Below, piece after piece: positions 9,701 through 16,395 of a stretch of DNA of 32,000 nucleotides. Where the stretch lies: the NCBI RefSeq assembly GCF_000734015.1, contig NZ_CP008796.1:210001-242000 (forward strand), in the 5' to 3' direction. Origin of the DNA: Thermodesulfobacterium commune DSM 2178 (GTDB taxonomy: Bacteria; Desulfobacterota; Thermodesulfobacteria; Thermodesulfobacteriales; Thermodesulfobacteriaceae). The translations under genes and the position numbers were made by a program. Numbering within the stretch: position 1 is the first letter of the stretch; every line of letters starts with the position of its first letter. The notes beneath the pieces were generated by a model. The model ran no database searches and was not told the origin of the DNA. It saw only the letters and a program-made list of their open reading frames with translations.

Positions 9701-10461
9701 TCTATTCTTTATCAGGGGAAGCCCATCAAGTTTTTGTAGAACTTTTACCTTCAGAAGGAGACCTGTTAGACCTTTTTTCCTGTCTGTATCCAGAAGAGAT
9801 GCCTACCGTAATCTTAGAAGGTCCTTATAAGGTAAAAGGATATGCCTTTTTTGAAGGAAATAGTAAAGATTGGATTACGAATAGCAGAGGAGAGTTGATA
9901 CTTAAATCTAAAAAGGGATATATTTACCGTGCTCCTCTTATAGCTCATCTTTTGGGTTTTTTAAGTCCGATAGACCTTTTTAGAGGAAAAATTCCTAATT
10001 TAGAAAGTCAGTTATTACCCTACGAAGAATTAATTTTCAACTCCCGCTTTACCGATACGACTTTACTCATAGATGAAGCCTTTCTTTCAGCCTCAGGTTT
10101 TAGATTGTTTGGCGAGGGACCGATAAACTTGAAAAACAAGGAACTAAACCTTACTTTTTATGCCTCTCCTTTCAAAACGATAGACGTGATTTTAGAAAAG
10201 GTTCCAGGGTTAGGGAAATGGGTTCTTGGGAAACCGAGGATGTTAGTTTACCTACCTTTACAGGTGGTAGGGACATACGATAATTATAACATCATTCCCT
10301 TACATCCCAGTAGTTTAGGAAAAGGGGTTTTCACCTTTATCTTTAGGTTATTCGGAATTTCTGAAGAGTTTTATCAAAAGCCTTCTCAAAAGGCATCTAA
10401 TTTTCAGGAAAAGAAAGAAGAACTTTTAAAAGAAAGAGAGAACATAAATCGAACTCCATGA
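6787..10461 (+). CDS. Large AsmA-like / YhdP-TamB-type envelope protein (N-terminal membrane anchor, long beta-rich body)
   Basis: 1224 aa with a single N-terminal hydrophobic helix (FTLLLLVFVFSLLFLCVV). The N-terminal layout and the C-terminal region (LLGFLSPIDLFRGK...LSASGFRLFGEGPINLKNKELNLTF) resemble AsmA-family termini by eye. No catalytic motifs were seen. Confidence 0.5.
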   Translation: MVKKIRFTLLLLVFVFSLLFLCVVNIDFFLNRPWIKGPLINFLKNTQKIDINYKEIKIDVFEGKVRIKDFTFKNRYYEVETPEATAFLSLSKIFRFKLFPESLQVKKLKLKSYWSPEPFNLYQLKDQLKNMAPFNMKVEEATIEYETSIGWLIFDHTDLFLKIDRHQTLWELKSLKSPQFKEAEIKGRLNLANLFLETSIEAKNFDFTNFIKGGEPFIGRLTSDLMAELSLEKEKLNLSFQLLNPQLVFKQFSRERFLGGVITGVLSSKKDGLRLTLKKVFLRNPFLDAQGEFVKKKEGLEASLKVKKLDLAEIKKIGLLLFEKQKEVKEVFDYIGNGSLEDIEVVSSGKDLQELIDYKRIKAKGKLKEGQIILGFLPLDLEQVTGEVGFSEGRLIFNGTLAVEGSVLGTVKSFSLDLSKRQPELWLEGTISGRAEKIQDLVANFDMFKSYQEKIKEFKTEGSLVSKIELRGPLDAFQLSFDIDSEDASLIVPFYTKFLRLKTAKIFYYKDKLNLSNLNVFNKELAIKDGGLELNLSSLDFRVKVWGVTIKPEFLEFLKDKVREVAVFFKEKGLKFENLEIEEGEFRGNLKQLAQEQVNLKQAILGNLFLKGKAVNLRIGEEVKGERFSGYSESLPLVWRDGCLSFGEAAFEIEDSNFVGKGRVFDQEIFLELKGEVKERLKDKIEKVLGLKEASFLLKSPINIENLSLVYRDGQVQSRGTFKISDKEISVTLDQTKDQTSILGSFNGKESQQKFGLRLNQNQIDLTLQGKTRLEELGTIFDKVPYPLEGLVENNLHLKFKKEKNILVSLANDYLNRNLFLEEGWLTLQGVKFKDGIAIEGEGKIAKNHTIHGKFKFEWNNSTLLADLKVDTNQKYVLVTGDLRSEKIDLKKFLGLSSTQETSDKTVKKEIWDYFQGIPLIAELKVNANDLILPTSHKVENFSLDLSLNTKAKLLWANLTKANFCGLGLDFIYSLSGEAHQVFVELLPSEGDLLDLFSCLYPEEMPTVILEGPYKVKGYAFFEGNSKDWITNSRGELILKSKKGYIYRAPLIAHLLGFLSPIDLFRGKIPNLESQLLPYEELIFNSRFTDTTLLIDEAFLSASGFRLFGEGPINLKNKELNLTFYASPFKTIDVILEKVPGLGKWVLGKPRMLVYLPLQVVGTYDNYNIIPLHPSSLGKGVFTFIFRLFGISEEFYQKPSQKASNFQEKKEELLKERENINRTP

Positions 10462-11195
10462 AAGAAGATTTTATCCTTTTTGAAGATAAAAGTCTTTTGG
10501 TGGTAAATAAACCTGCTGGAATGGTGGTTCAGGGAGCAAAGGATTTAGAGGTATCTTTGTTAAATTTGTTAAAAGATTATTTAAAAAAAAGAGATAATAA
10601 ACCAGGAAACGTTTTTTTAGCGGTGGTTCATCGTTTGGATAAACCTGTTTCTGGAGCATTAGTTTTTGCCAAGCGCACAAAAGCAGCCAGAAGACTTACC
10701 GAAAGTTTTAAACAGAAAGAGGTGGGTAAATTTTATCTTGCAGAGGTAGAAGGAATTTTAAAAGGTCAAAACTTGATCAGGGCTTATCTTAAATGGGATC
10801 AAAAATCTCACAAAGCTTTGGTTTTTTGGGAACCTAAAGAAGGTGCAAAAGAAAGTCTAACATATTATGAAACGTTACAGGTTGTAAAAAATAGATCGTT
10901 AGTCTTGCTTTTTCCGATTACAGGAAGAAAACATCAACTAAGGGCTGTCCTAAGTAGTCTTGGGTTCCCTGTGGTAGGGGATGTTAGATATGGAGCCAAA
11001 AGATTGGTTAATCAGGGTAAGGCTATTCTTTTGCATGCTTGTTTTATATGTTTCCCCCATCCTCTGGAAAAAGAACCTGTTGAAGTATTGGCTCCGTTAC
11101 CTCAATATTTTTCTTTCCCCAATCTTGACAAAACCTTAAATTTGGAGTTTCTTAATAAAAAGTTTCAAGATTTAAAAAAACTTTACCAGGAGTAA
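10458..11195 (+). CDS. RluA-family RNA pseudouridine synthase (no S4 domain)
   Basis: LVVNKPAGMVV and the catalytic HRLDKPVSGALVFAKR motif are present. An ATGA overlap joins it to the upstream gene. Confidence 0.85.
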   Translation: MKEDFILFEDKSLLVVNKPAGMVVQGAKDLEVSLLNLLKDYLKKRDNKPGNVFLAVVHRLDKPVSGALVFAKRTKAARRLTESFKQKEVGKFYLAEVEGILKGQNLIRAYLKWDQKSHKALVFWEPKEGAKESLTYYETLQVVKNRSLVLLFPITGRKHQLRAVLSSLGFPVVGDVRYGAKRLVNQGKAILLHACFICFPHPLEKEPVEVLAPLPQYFSFPNLDKTLNLEFLNKKFQDLKKLYQE

Positions 11196-11198
11196 ACT

Positions 11199-11390
11199 TT
11201 GGAGAAAAAAAAAGAAAGTTCAAATTCAGAACTTCCTGTTTTATGTGCTACCTGTGCTTGGAGGGAGTTTTGTGCTAAAAAGTTTTCTTTTGACAATACC
11301 CAACCCTTGAAGTGTCCTGACTATTCTCCTGACCTAACCCTTTTAAAAAATCTAAGAAAGGAGACCAAGGTTGATAAAGCAGAGGATTAA
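11199..11390 (+). CDS. Hypothetical 63-aa four-cysteine protein
   Basis: TTG start, 6 nt after AGGAG (11188-11192). Cysteines sit at residues 16, 19, 25 and 39 (C-x2-C-x5-C-x13-C). The 3' end overlaps argS by 20 nt and carries the argS SD. I recognise no family. Confidence 0.4.
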   Translation: MEKKKESSNSELPVLCATCAWREFCAKKFSFDNTQPLKCPDYSPDLTLLKNLRKETKVDKAED

Positions 11391-13023
11391 AGAGGCAGTA
11401 GAAAAGGCTGTTAAGACTGTTTTTGGCGAGATACCTTTGCCTCAGTTTGAAATAGAGACCCCAAGAAAAGGTTTTTTTGGGGATTATGCTACCAACATAG
11501 CCTTTGTTTTAAAAAACTCCTTAAACCTTTCTCCTTTAGAAATAGCTGAAAAGTTGGTTCAAGAACTAACTAACGAAAAAACTCTTTTTGAAAAGGTAGA
11601 GGTTGCTAAACCAGGGTTTATCAATTTTTGGGTATCTACTCAGTATTATCTTGAAAACTTGCTTAAAGTCATAGAAGAAAAAGATAACTATGGTAGGATT
11701 GACTTAGGTAAAGGGAAAAAGGTTTTGGTTGAGTTTGTTTCCGCTAATCCCACGGGGCCTCTTCATATAGGACATGGAAGGGGTGCAGCTTATGGAGATT
11801 CTTTAGCAAGGGTTTTAGAGTTCACTGGTTATTCTGTTATCAGAGAGTATTACATAAACGATAAAGGTACTCAAATGGATATTTTAGGGGAGTCTGTTTA
11901 TCTCAGGGCTAAGGAGTTAAAAGGAGAAAAGATCAATTTTCCGGAAGATTTTTATAAAGGTGCGTACATCTACGATATAGCCAAAAAGGTTTTGGCAGAC
12001 TATCCTAACCTTTTAGAATTAGAAAAAAAAGAGGCCATAGCCATCTGCAGAGAGATAGCGATAAAGACCATCCTTGAAGATATAAAATCAGACCTTGATA
12101 GGTTCAGGGTAGTTTTTGATAGTTGGTATTCAGAAAAAAGCCTTTATGAAAAAGGCAAAGTAGATGCTTTGATAAACCTTTTAAAACAAAAAGGTTTAGT
12201 TTATGAAAAAGAAGGTGCTTTATGGTTTAGGTCTTCTGATTTTGGAGATGAAAAAGACCGGGTGCTTATTCGTTCTAACGGAGAATATACCTATTTTGCA
12301 GGAGACATCGCCTATCATCATGAAAAGTTTGTAGACCGTGGGTTTGACCTTGCGATCAACCTTTGGGGAGCAGACCACCATGGATATGTAAAACGGTTAA
12401 AAGGGGCTCTTAAGGCTTTAGGTTTAAATCCAGAAAATTTAAAAGTAATTCTTATTCAGATGGTTAATCTTATAGAAGGTGGAGAACTAAAAAGCATGTC
12501 CACCAGACAAGGGGAATTTGTAGAGCTAAAAGAACTTTTAGATGAGGTGGGGGTAGATGCTACCAGATTTATTTTTTTATCCAGGTCTTCTGACTCTCCT
12601 TTAGATTTTGATATAGATTTGGCCAAAAAGCAGTCTCAAGAAAACCCAGTTTATTATGTACAATATGCTCACGCAAGGATTTGCAGTATTTTTGAGAAAG
12701 CAAGAGAGCAAGGTTTAGGAGAAATAAACTGGAGAGAGGTAGATTTTAGCCTTCTTTCTTCAGAGGAAGAGATTGCTCTTGCCAAAAAGATAGAAGAATT
12801 TAAAGAAGTTATAGAATCAGCAAGTATGTTTTATGCTCCCTATAAAATTACTTATTACCTGTTAGACCTTGCCAAACAATTTCATGAGTTTTATACTAAA
12901 CATCGAGTGCTTTCAGATGATCTACCGTTAACTTTAGCTAGACTGGGGTTGTGTTTAGGGTGTAAAATAGTTCTAAAAAATGGTCTAAACCTTTTGGGGG
13001 TTAACTCTCCAGAAAAAATGTAA
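11371..13023 (+). CDS. argS: Arginine--tRNA ligase
   Basis: The class I HIGH motif (PTGPLHIGHGRGA) is present, and the anticodon-binding C-terminus ends in M. TTG start, 7 nt after AAGGAG. Confidence 0.95.
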   Translation: MIKQRIKEAVEKAVKTVFGEIPLPQFEIETPRKGFFGDYATNIAFVLKNSLNLSPLEIAEKLVQELTNEKTLFEKVEVAKPGFINFWVSTQYYLENLLKVIEEKDNYGRIDLGKGKKVLVEFVSANPTGPLHIGHGRGAAYGDSLARVLEFTGYSVIREYYINDKGTQMDILGESVYLRAKELKGEKINFPEDFYKGAYIYDIAKKVLADYPNLLELEKKEAIAICREIAIKTILEDIKSDLDRFRVVFDSWYSEKSLYEKGKVDALINLLKQKGLVYEKEGALWFRSSDFGDEKDRVLIRSNGEYTYFAGDIAYHHEKFVDRGFDLAINLWGADHHGYVKRLKGALKALGLNPENLKVILIQMVNLIEGGELKSMSTRQGEFVELKELLDEVGVDATRFIFLSRSSDSPLDFDIDLAKKQSQENPVYYVQYAHARICSIFEKAREQGLGEINWREVDFSLLSSEEEIALAKKIEEFKEVIESASMFYAPYKITYYLLDLAKQFHEFYTKHRVLSDDLPLTLARLGLCLGCKIVLKNGLNLLGVNSPEKM

Positions 13024-13036
13024 AAAGGAGGTTTTT

Positions 13037-13726
13037 ATGGAGGGTAAGAAAGTAAAAATAGAGGTAAGTAGGATTGCTTTAGTTTTTATTATACTTTTTG
13101 GTTTGTGTTTGTTGGTTTGGAGTTTTATTATAGGAGTTTGGGTAGGAAGTAAATTAGGTTCTAAAGAACAGGAGAAGATAGCCGCAGAGTCTACCTCTAA
13201 AGAGGAGCTCCCCCCTCCACCTCCTCCTTCTCTTACAAGTAATGAAAGTGCGACAACCCCATCTCTTTCTGGTTTAAACGCCACAGCTGAAAAACCTGTA
13301 GATCTTAAGGGAAATGCCTCTTCTCAAGCCTTTGTTTCTCCTTCCAAACCTGAACCAGAAGCTCAAGTAATAGAAAAAGAAAAAAAGCAGGCTAAACCTA
13401 AGGTATCTGAAGTAAAAGAACCTTCCAAGGAAAAACCACTTACCTCTAAAACCAAAGAGATAGCTAAAATCTCTAACCAGATAAAACAAGGGTCTTTTGC
13501 GCTTCAGGTGGGTGCTTTTTCGCAAAAGGAATCTGCTGAAAAGTTGAGGACTTTAGCTGAAAAAAAAGGTTATAAGGTTACGGTAAAAGCTATTCCTTCT
13601 GAGGGAAAAACCCTTTATAAGGTTTATGTAGGTAGATATGCCTCCAGAGAAGAGGCAGAAAAAGCAGCTACTAAGGTAGTCTCTGACCTTGGAGTAAGCA
13701 ACCCCTTTGTTGTAGAATTAAAGTAA
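13037..13726 (+). CDS. SPOR-domain (peptidoglycan-binding) membrane protein
   Basis: An N-terminal TM helix is followed by a Pro/Ser/Lys-rich linker that includes PPPPPP. The C-terminus reads FALQVGAFSQKESAEKL...YKVYVGRYASREEAEKA, typical of SPOR domains. Confidence 0.75.
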   Translation: MEGKKVKIEVSRIALVFIILFGLCLLVWSFIIGVWVGSKLGSKEQEKIAAESTSKEELPPPPPPSLTSNESATTPSLSGLNATAEKPVDLKGNASSQAFVSPSKPEPEAQVIEKEKKQAKPKVSEVKEPSKEKPLTSKTKEIAKISNQIKQGSFALQVGAFSQKESAEKLRTLAEKKGYKVTVKAIPSEGKTLYKVYVGRYASREEAEKAATKVVSDLGVSNPFVVELK

Positions 13727-13743
13727 GTTATCAGGTTTAAATA

Positions 13744-14196
13744 ATGATAAGAAAGGCAAAACTTTCTGATATAAAGTATATTTATAAACTAATTTTACAT
13801 TTTTCTAAAACTGGAGAGGTTATTCCTCGGTCTTTATCTGAATTGTATGAACATGTGCGGGATTTTTTTGTTTATCAAGATAAAGATTTAGTGGTTGCCG
13901 CTTGTGCCTTGCAGATTTGTTGGGAAGATTTAGCAGAGATAAGGTCTTTGGTGGTAAGTGAGGAATATCAGAATAAGGGTATTGGTTTAGCTTTGGTAAA
14001 GGCTTGTTTACAAGAGGCAAAAGAACTTGAAATACCAAGGGTTTTTGTGTTGACCAGAGTGCCGGTTTTTTTTGAAAAGGTAGGGTTTGTAAGAACTAAT
14101 AAGTCTGAGTTGCCTTACAAGGTGTGGTCAGACTGCGTAAGATGTCCCAAATTTCCTGATTGTGATGAAGTACCGATGATTAAAGAAATTTTTTAA
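13744..14196 (+). CDS. GNAT-family N-acetyltransferase (short ArgA-like type)
   Basis: Acetyl-CoA motif A (VVSEEYQNKGIGLALV) is present. The C-terminal tail is the cysteine-rich CVRCPKFPDC. Length is 150 aa. Confidence 0.75.
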   Translation: MIRKAKLSDIKYIYKLILHFSKTGEVIPRSLSELYEHVRDFFVYQDKDLVVAACALQICWEDLAEIRSLVVSEEYQNKGIGLALVKACLQEAKELEIPRVFVLTRVPVFFEKVGFVRTNKSELPYKVWSDCVRCPKFPDCDEVPMIKEIF

Positions 14197-14213
14197 AATT
14201 ACCCTTGACTTTT

Positions 14214-14247
14214 TTGTAAAAATAGATAAAAATAAATTGTAAAAATA
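14214..14247 (+). repeat. 11-nt direct repeat TTGTAAAAATA x2 in the dsrC upstream region
   Basis: Exact copies lie at 14214-14224 and 14237-14247, a 23-nt period. A 10-nt copy, TTGTAAAAAT, recurs at 30018-30027 upstream of relA/spoT. Confidence 0.6.
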
Positions 14248-14265
14248 AGTTTTAAGGTTTAGAAT
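14237..14265 (+). promoter_or_regulatory. Candidate sigma-70 promoter for dsrC
   Basis: TTGTAA (14237-14242), a 17-nt spacer, then TAGAAT (14260-14265). A second candidate is TTGACT (14205-14210) followed by an A-rich -10 region near 14227-14233. Confidence 0.45.
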
Positions 14266-14315
14266 ATTTTTTTTGAAAAAAACGTTTTATTAAAAAATAA
14301 AAGGAGGTGTTAGGT

Positions 14316-14636
14316 ATGCCAACAGTTGAGTACAAAGGTAAGGTTTTTGAAGTAGATGAGGACGGATTCTTAGCAGGTGGTCTTGATGCTTGGTGTAAAG
14401 AATGGGTTGAGTATGTGAAGGAATTAGAAGGTATCCAGGAGTTAACCGAAGAACACTGGAAGGTAATTAACGTCCTTCAGGATTACTACAGAAAGAACGG
14501 TGTTGCTCCTATGGTTAGAATTTTGTCCAAGGTCACCGGATTTCCATTAAAGAAGATTTATGAGTTGTTCCCTTCTGGTCCTGGAAAAGGTGCTTGTAAG
14601 ATGGCTGGATTACCTAAACCTACCGGGTGTGTGTAA
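14316..14636 (+). CDS. dsrC: DsrC, the small subunit/partner protein of dissimilatory sulfite reductase
   Basis: MPTVEYKGKVFEVDEDGFL...PMVRILSK.TGF.LK..YELFPSGPGKGACKMAGLPKPTGCV. This includes the two conserved C-terminal-arm cysteines and is nearly colinear with Desulfovibrio DsrC as I recall it. I chose ATG 14316, 8 nt after AAGGAGG (14301-14307), rather than the track's GTG at 14307. Confidence 0.95.
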   Translation: MPTVEYKGKVFEVDEDGFLAGGLDAWCKEWVEYVKELEGIQELTEEHWKVINVLQDYYRKNGVAPMVRILSKVTGFPLKKIYELFPSGPGKGACKMAGLPKPTGCV

Positions 14637-14645
14637 AGCACAAAA

Positions 14646-15137
14646 ATGTCTTTTCATAAAAGGGGTGGGCTTTCTCGCCCCTTTCTTTTCTTTTATTTAT
14701 GTAGTGTTGGTTTTCTTTTGTGCGTCTTATTGAGTGTTTCTTTAGTTTTTGCTAAAAAATTAGACATAAATCAGGCTACAGTAGAAGATTTAGAAAAACT
14801 TCCTGGCATTGGTAAGAAAACAGCCCAAGCTATTGTAGACTATCGTGAGAAAAACGGGCCTTTTAAATCCTGGGAGGACGTAGAAAAAGTAAAAGGGATA
14901 GGTCCTAAAAAATTGCAATTGTTAAAGCCTTATCTTACTCTAGGAGAAGAAGGAGAAAAAGCTAAACAAGAAAAAAAATCAACCTCAAAAAGTAGAAATA
15001 AAAACCTTCCTTCTAATTTAGAAGTGAACAACCCAATTTATTACTATGTAGACGAAAAAGGTAAAGTTCATTATACTCAATTTCCTCAGACTGTTCCTTT
15101 GAAATATAAAAGCACATTAAGACCTTTAAACCCATAA
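14646..15137 (+). CDS. comEA: ComEA-like secreted helix-hairpin-helix DNA-binding protein with an extra C-terminal tail
   Basis: A signal-peptide-like N-terminus ends in VFA. LDINQATVEDLEKLPGIGKKTAQAIVDYREKNGPFKSWEDVEKVKGIGPKKL is the ComEA HhH module. The tail motif is YYYVDEKGKVHYTQFP. No SD is visible before the ATG. Confidence 0.7.
   Translation: MSFHKRGGLSRPFLFFYLCSVGFLLCVLLSVSLVFAKKLDINQATVEDLEKLPGIGKKTAQAIVDYREKNGPFKSWEDVEKVKGIGPKKLQLLKPYLTLGEEGEKAKQEKKSTSKSRNKNLPSNLEVNNPIYYYVDEKGKVHYTQFPQTVPLKYKSTLRPLNP
14659..14698 (+). terminator. Intrinsic terminator following dsrC, lying inside the comEA-like ORF
   Basis: AAAGGGGTGG (14659-14668) pairs with TCGCCCCTTT (14675-14684). The stem is 10 bp (two G-U pairs) with a 6-nt loop, followed by CTTTTCTTTTATTT. 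Confidence 0.6.
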
Positions 15138-15168
15138 TCTCTATTTTTCATAAGTTCCCTTTTTTATC

Positions 15169-15196
15169 TTGCTTAACAGAGATTTTTTAGTAAAAT
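15169..15196 (+). promoter_or_regulatory. Candidate sigma-70 promoter for acd-etfBA
   Basis: TTGCTT (15169-15174), a 16-nt spacer, then TAAAAT (15191-15196). A GCAGGAG SD precedes the ATG at 15230. Confidence 0.4.
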
Positions 15197-15229
15197 AGAG
15201 GAAATTTTGAATTTTGCAGGAGTGTTTTT

Positions 15230-16381
15230 ATGATTGATTACGGGCTAAATGACACTCAAAAATTGTTGGTTGACCTTATCAAAAGGATTGGAGAAGAGTA
15301 TATAAAGCCCTATGCCTTGGAATGGGACGAAAAAGAAGTTTATGATGAAAGACCTATAAAGGCCTTAGCCCAAGCCGATTTTTTTGGAATAATTGTTCCT
15401 AAAGAATATGGAGGCTTGGGTTTGGGTAGTTTGGAGATGTGTCTTGCAGTGGAACATCTTTCTTACTATTGTGCAGGTGTTTCTACTACTTATGCTGCTT
15501 CTTTTCTTGGAGCTTATCCTATTATTTTTTTTGGTAATCAAGAGCAAAAGGCTCATTACTTACCTCGTATCGCTAAAGGAGAGAGCCTTTGTGCTTTTGC
15601 CTTGACAGAACCTCAGGCAGGAAGTGATGCCTTTGGGATCAAAACTACAGCTAAAAAAGAAGGAGACTATTATGTATTAAATGGAGTAAAACAGTGGATT
15701 ACTAACGGAGGTATAGCAGATATTTATGTGGTTATAGCCCTTACAGACCCTTCTAAAGGGGCAAGAGGTGCCAGTGCCTTTATAGTAGAAAAGGGTGACC
15801 CCGGTTTTACAGTAGGCAAAAAGGAAAAGAAGTTGGGGTTAAGAACTTCGGTTACCACTGAGCTTTTTTTTAATGATTGTGTGATCCCTAAGTCAAGACT
15901 TCTTGCTAAAGAAGGTATGGGATTTATTGTGGCCTTAAAAACCTTAGATTATGCCAGATGCGGTGCAGGAGCCCAGGCTGTAGGAATAGCTCAGGCAGCG
16001 ATGGAGGTTTCTTTAAAACACGCTTCCTCAAGGATTCAATTTGGGCAACCTGTTTATCAGTTTCAAGCAGTAAGCCATACCTTTGCTGATATGGCGATGA
16101 AAATCGAGGCTTCAAGGAGTTTACTTTATAGTGTAGCCCGGTTTATAGATCGGGGGGCTAAAGATTTTTCTGGGGCTTCATCTATGGTAAAATGTTTTGC
16201 TACAGATGTGGCTATGTGGGTTACCGAAAGAGCTATCCAAATGATGGGTGGTTTAGGTTATATGAGAGATTATCCTGTTCAAAAGTATTTTAGAGACGCA
16301 AAGTGTCTGCAGATTTACGAAGGGACAAATGAAATCCAGAGAAACGTGATTGCTAGAGAGTTGCTTAAACACTATAAATAA
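15230..16381 (+). CDS. Acyl-CoA dehydrogenase (short-chain/butyryl-CoA dehydrogenase-like)
   Basis: 383 aa. CAFALTEPQAGSD, QWITNGG and the C-terminal IYEGTNEIQ (catalytic Glu context) are present. Confidence 0.9.
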   Translation: MIDYGLNDTQKLLVDLIKRIGEEYIKPYALEWDEKEVYDERPIKALAQADFFGIIVPKEYGGLGLGSLEMCLAVEHLSYYCAGVSTTYAASFLGAYPIIFFGNQEQKAHYLPRIAKGESLCAFALTEPQAGSDAFGIKTTAKKEGDYYVLNGVKQWITNGGIADIYVVIALTDPSKGARGASAFIVEKGDPGFTVGKKEKKLGLRTSVTTELFFNDCVIPKSRLLAKEGMGFIVALKTLDYARCGAGAQAVGIAQAAMEVSLKHASSRIQFGQPVYQFQAVSHTFADMAMKIEASRSLLYSVARFIDRGAKDFSGASSMVKCFATDVAMWVTERAIQMMGGLGYMRDYPVQKYFRDAKCLQIYEGTNEIQRNVIARELLKHYK

Positions 16382-16395
16382 ACGAGAGGTCAGAG

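Noticed and set aside
11205-11213. A9 homopolymer, together with the A8 runs at 10583-10590 and near 7731-7738, considered as phase-variation slippage tracts.
   Set aside because: Runs of A encoding Lys-Lys-Lys are frequent throughout this AT-rich, Lys-rich genome segment. Without population data showing length variation, there is no basis to call phase variation.
12985-13284. 99-aa minus-strand ORF containing GGGGGG.
   Set aside because: The poly-Gly is simply the complement of the PPPPPP linker codons of the SPOR protein. The ORF overlaps the argS end and the SPOR gene and has no independent support.
14307-14315. Track start (GTG 14307) for dsrC, which adds the residues M-L-G.
   Set aside because: GTG 14307 overlaps the AAGGAGG SD itself. 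ATG 14316 has ideal 8-nt spacing and yields the canonical MPTVEYKGK DsrC N-terminus.
15136-15189. 7-bp inverted repeat AATCTCT (15136-15142) / AGAGATT (15178-15184) followed by TTTTT, considered as a comEA terminator.
   Set aside because: The arms are 35 nt apart and A/T-rich, so the stem would be very weak. The region is better explained as the acd promoter (TTGCTT-N16-TAAAAT).
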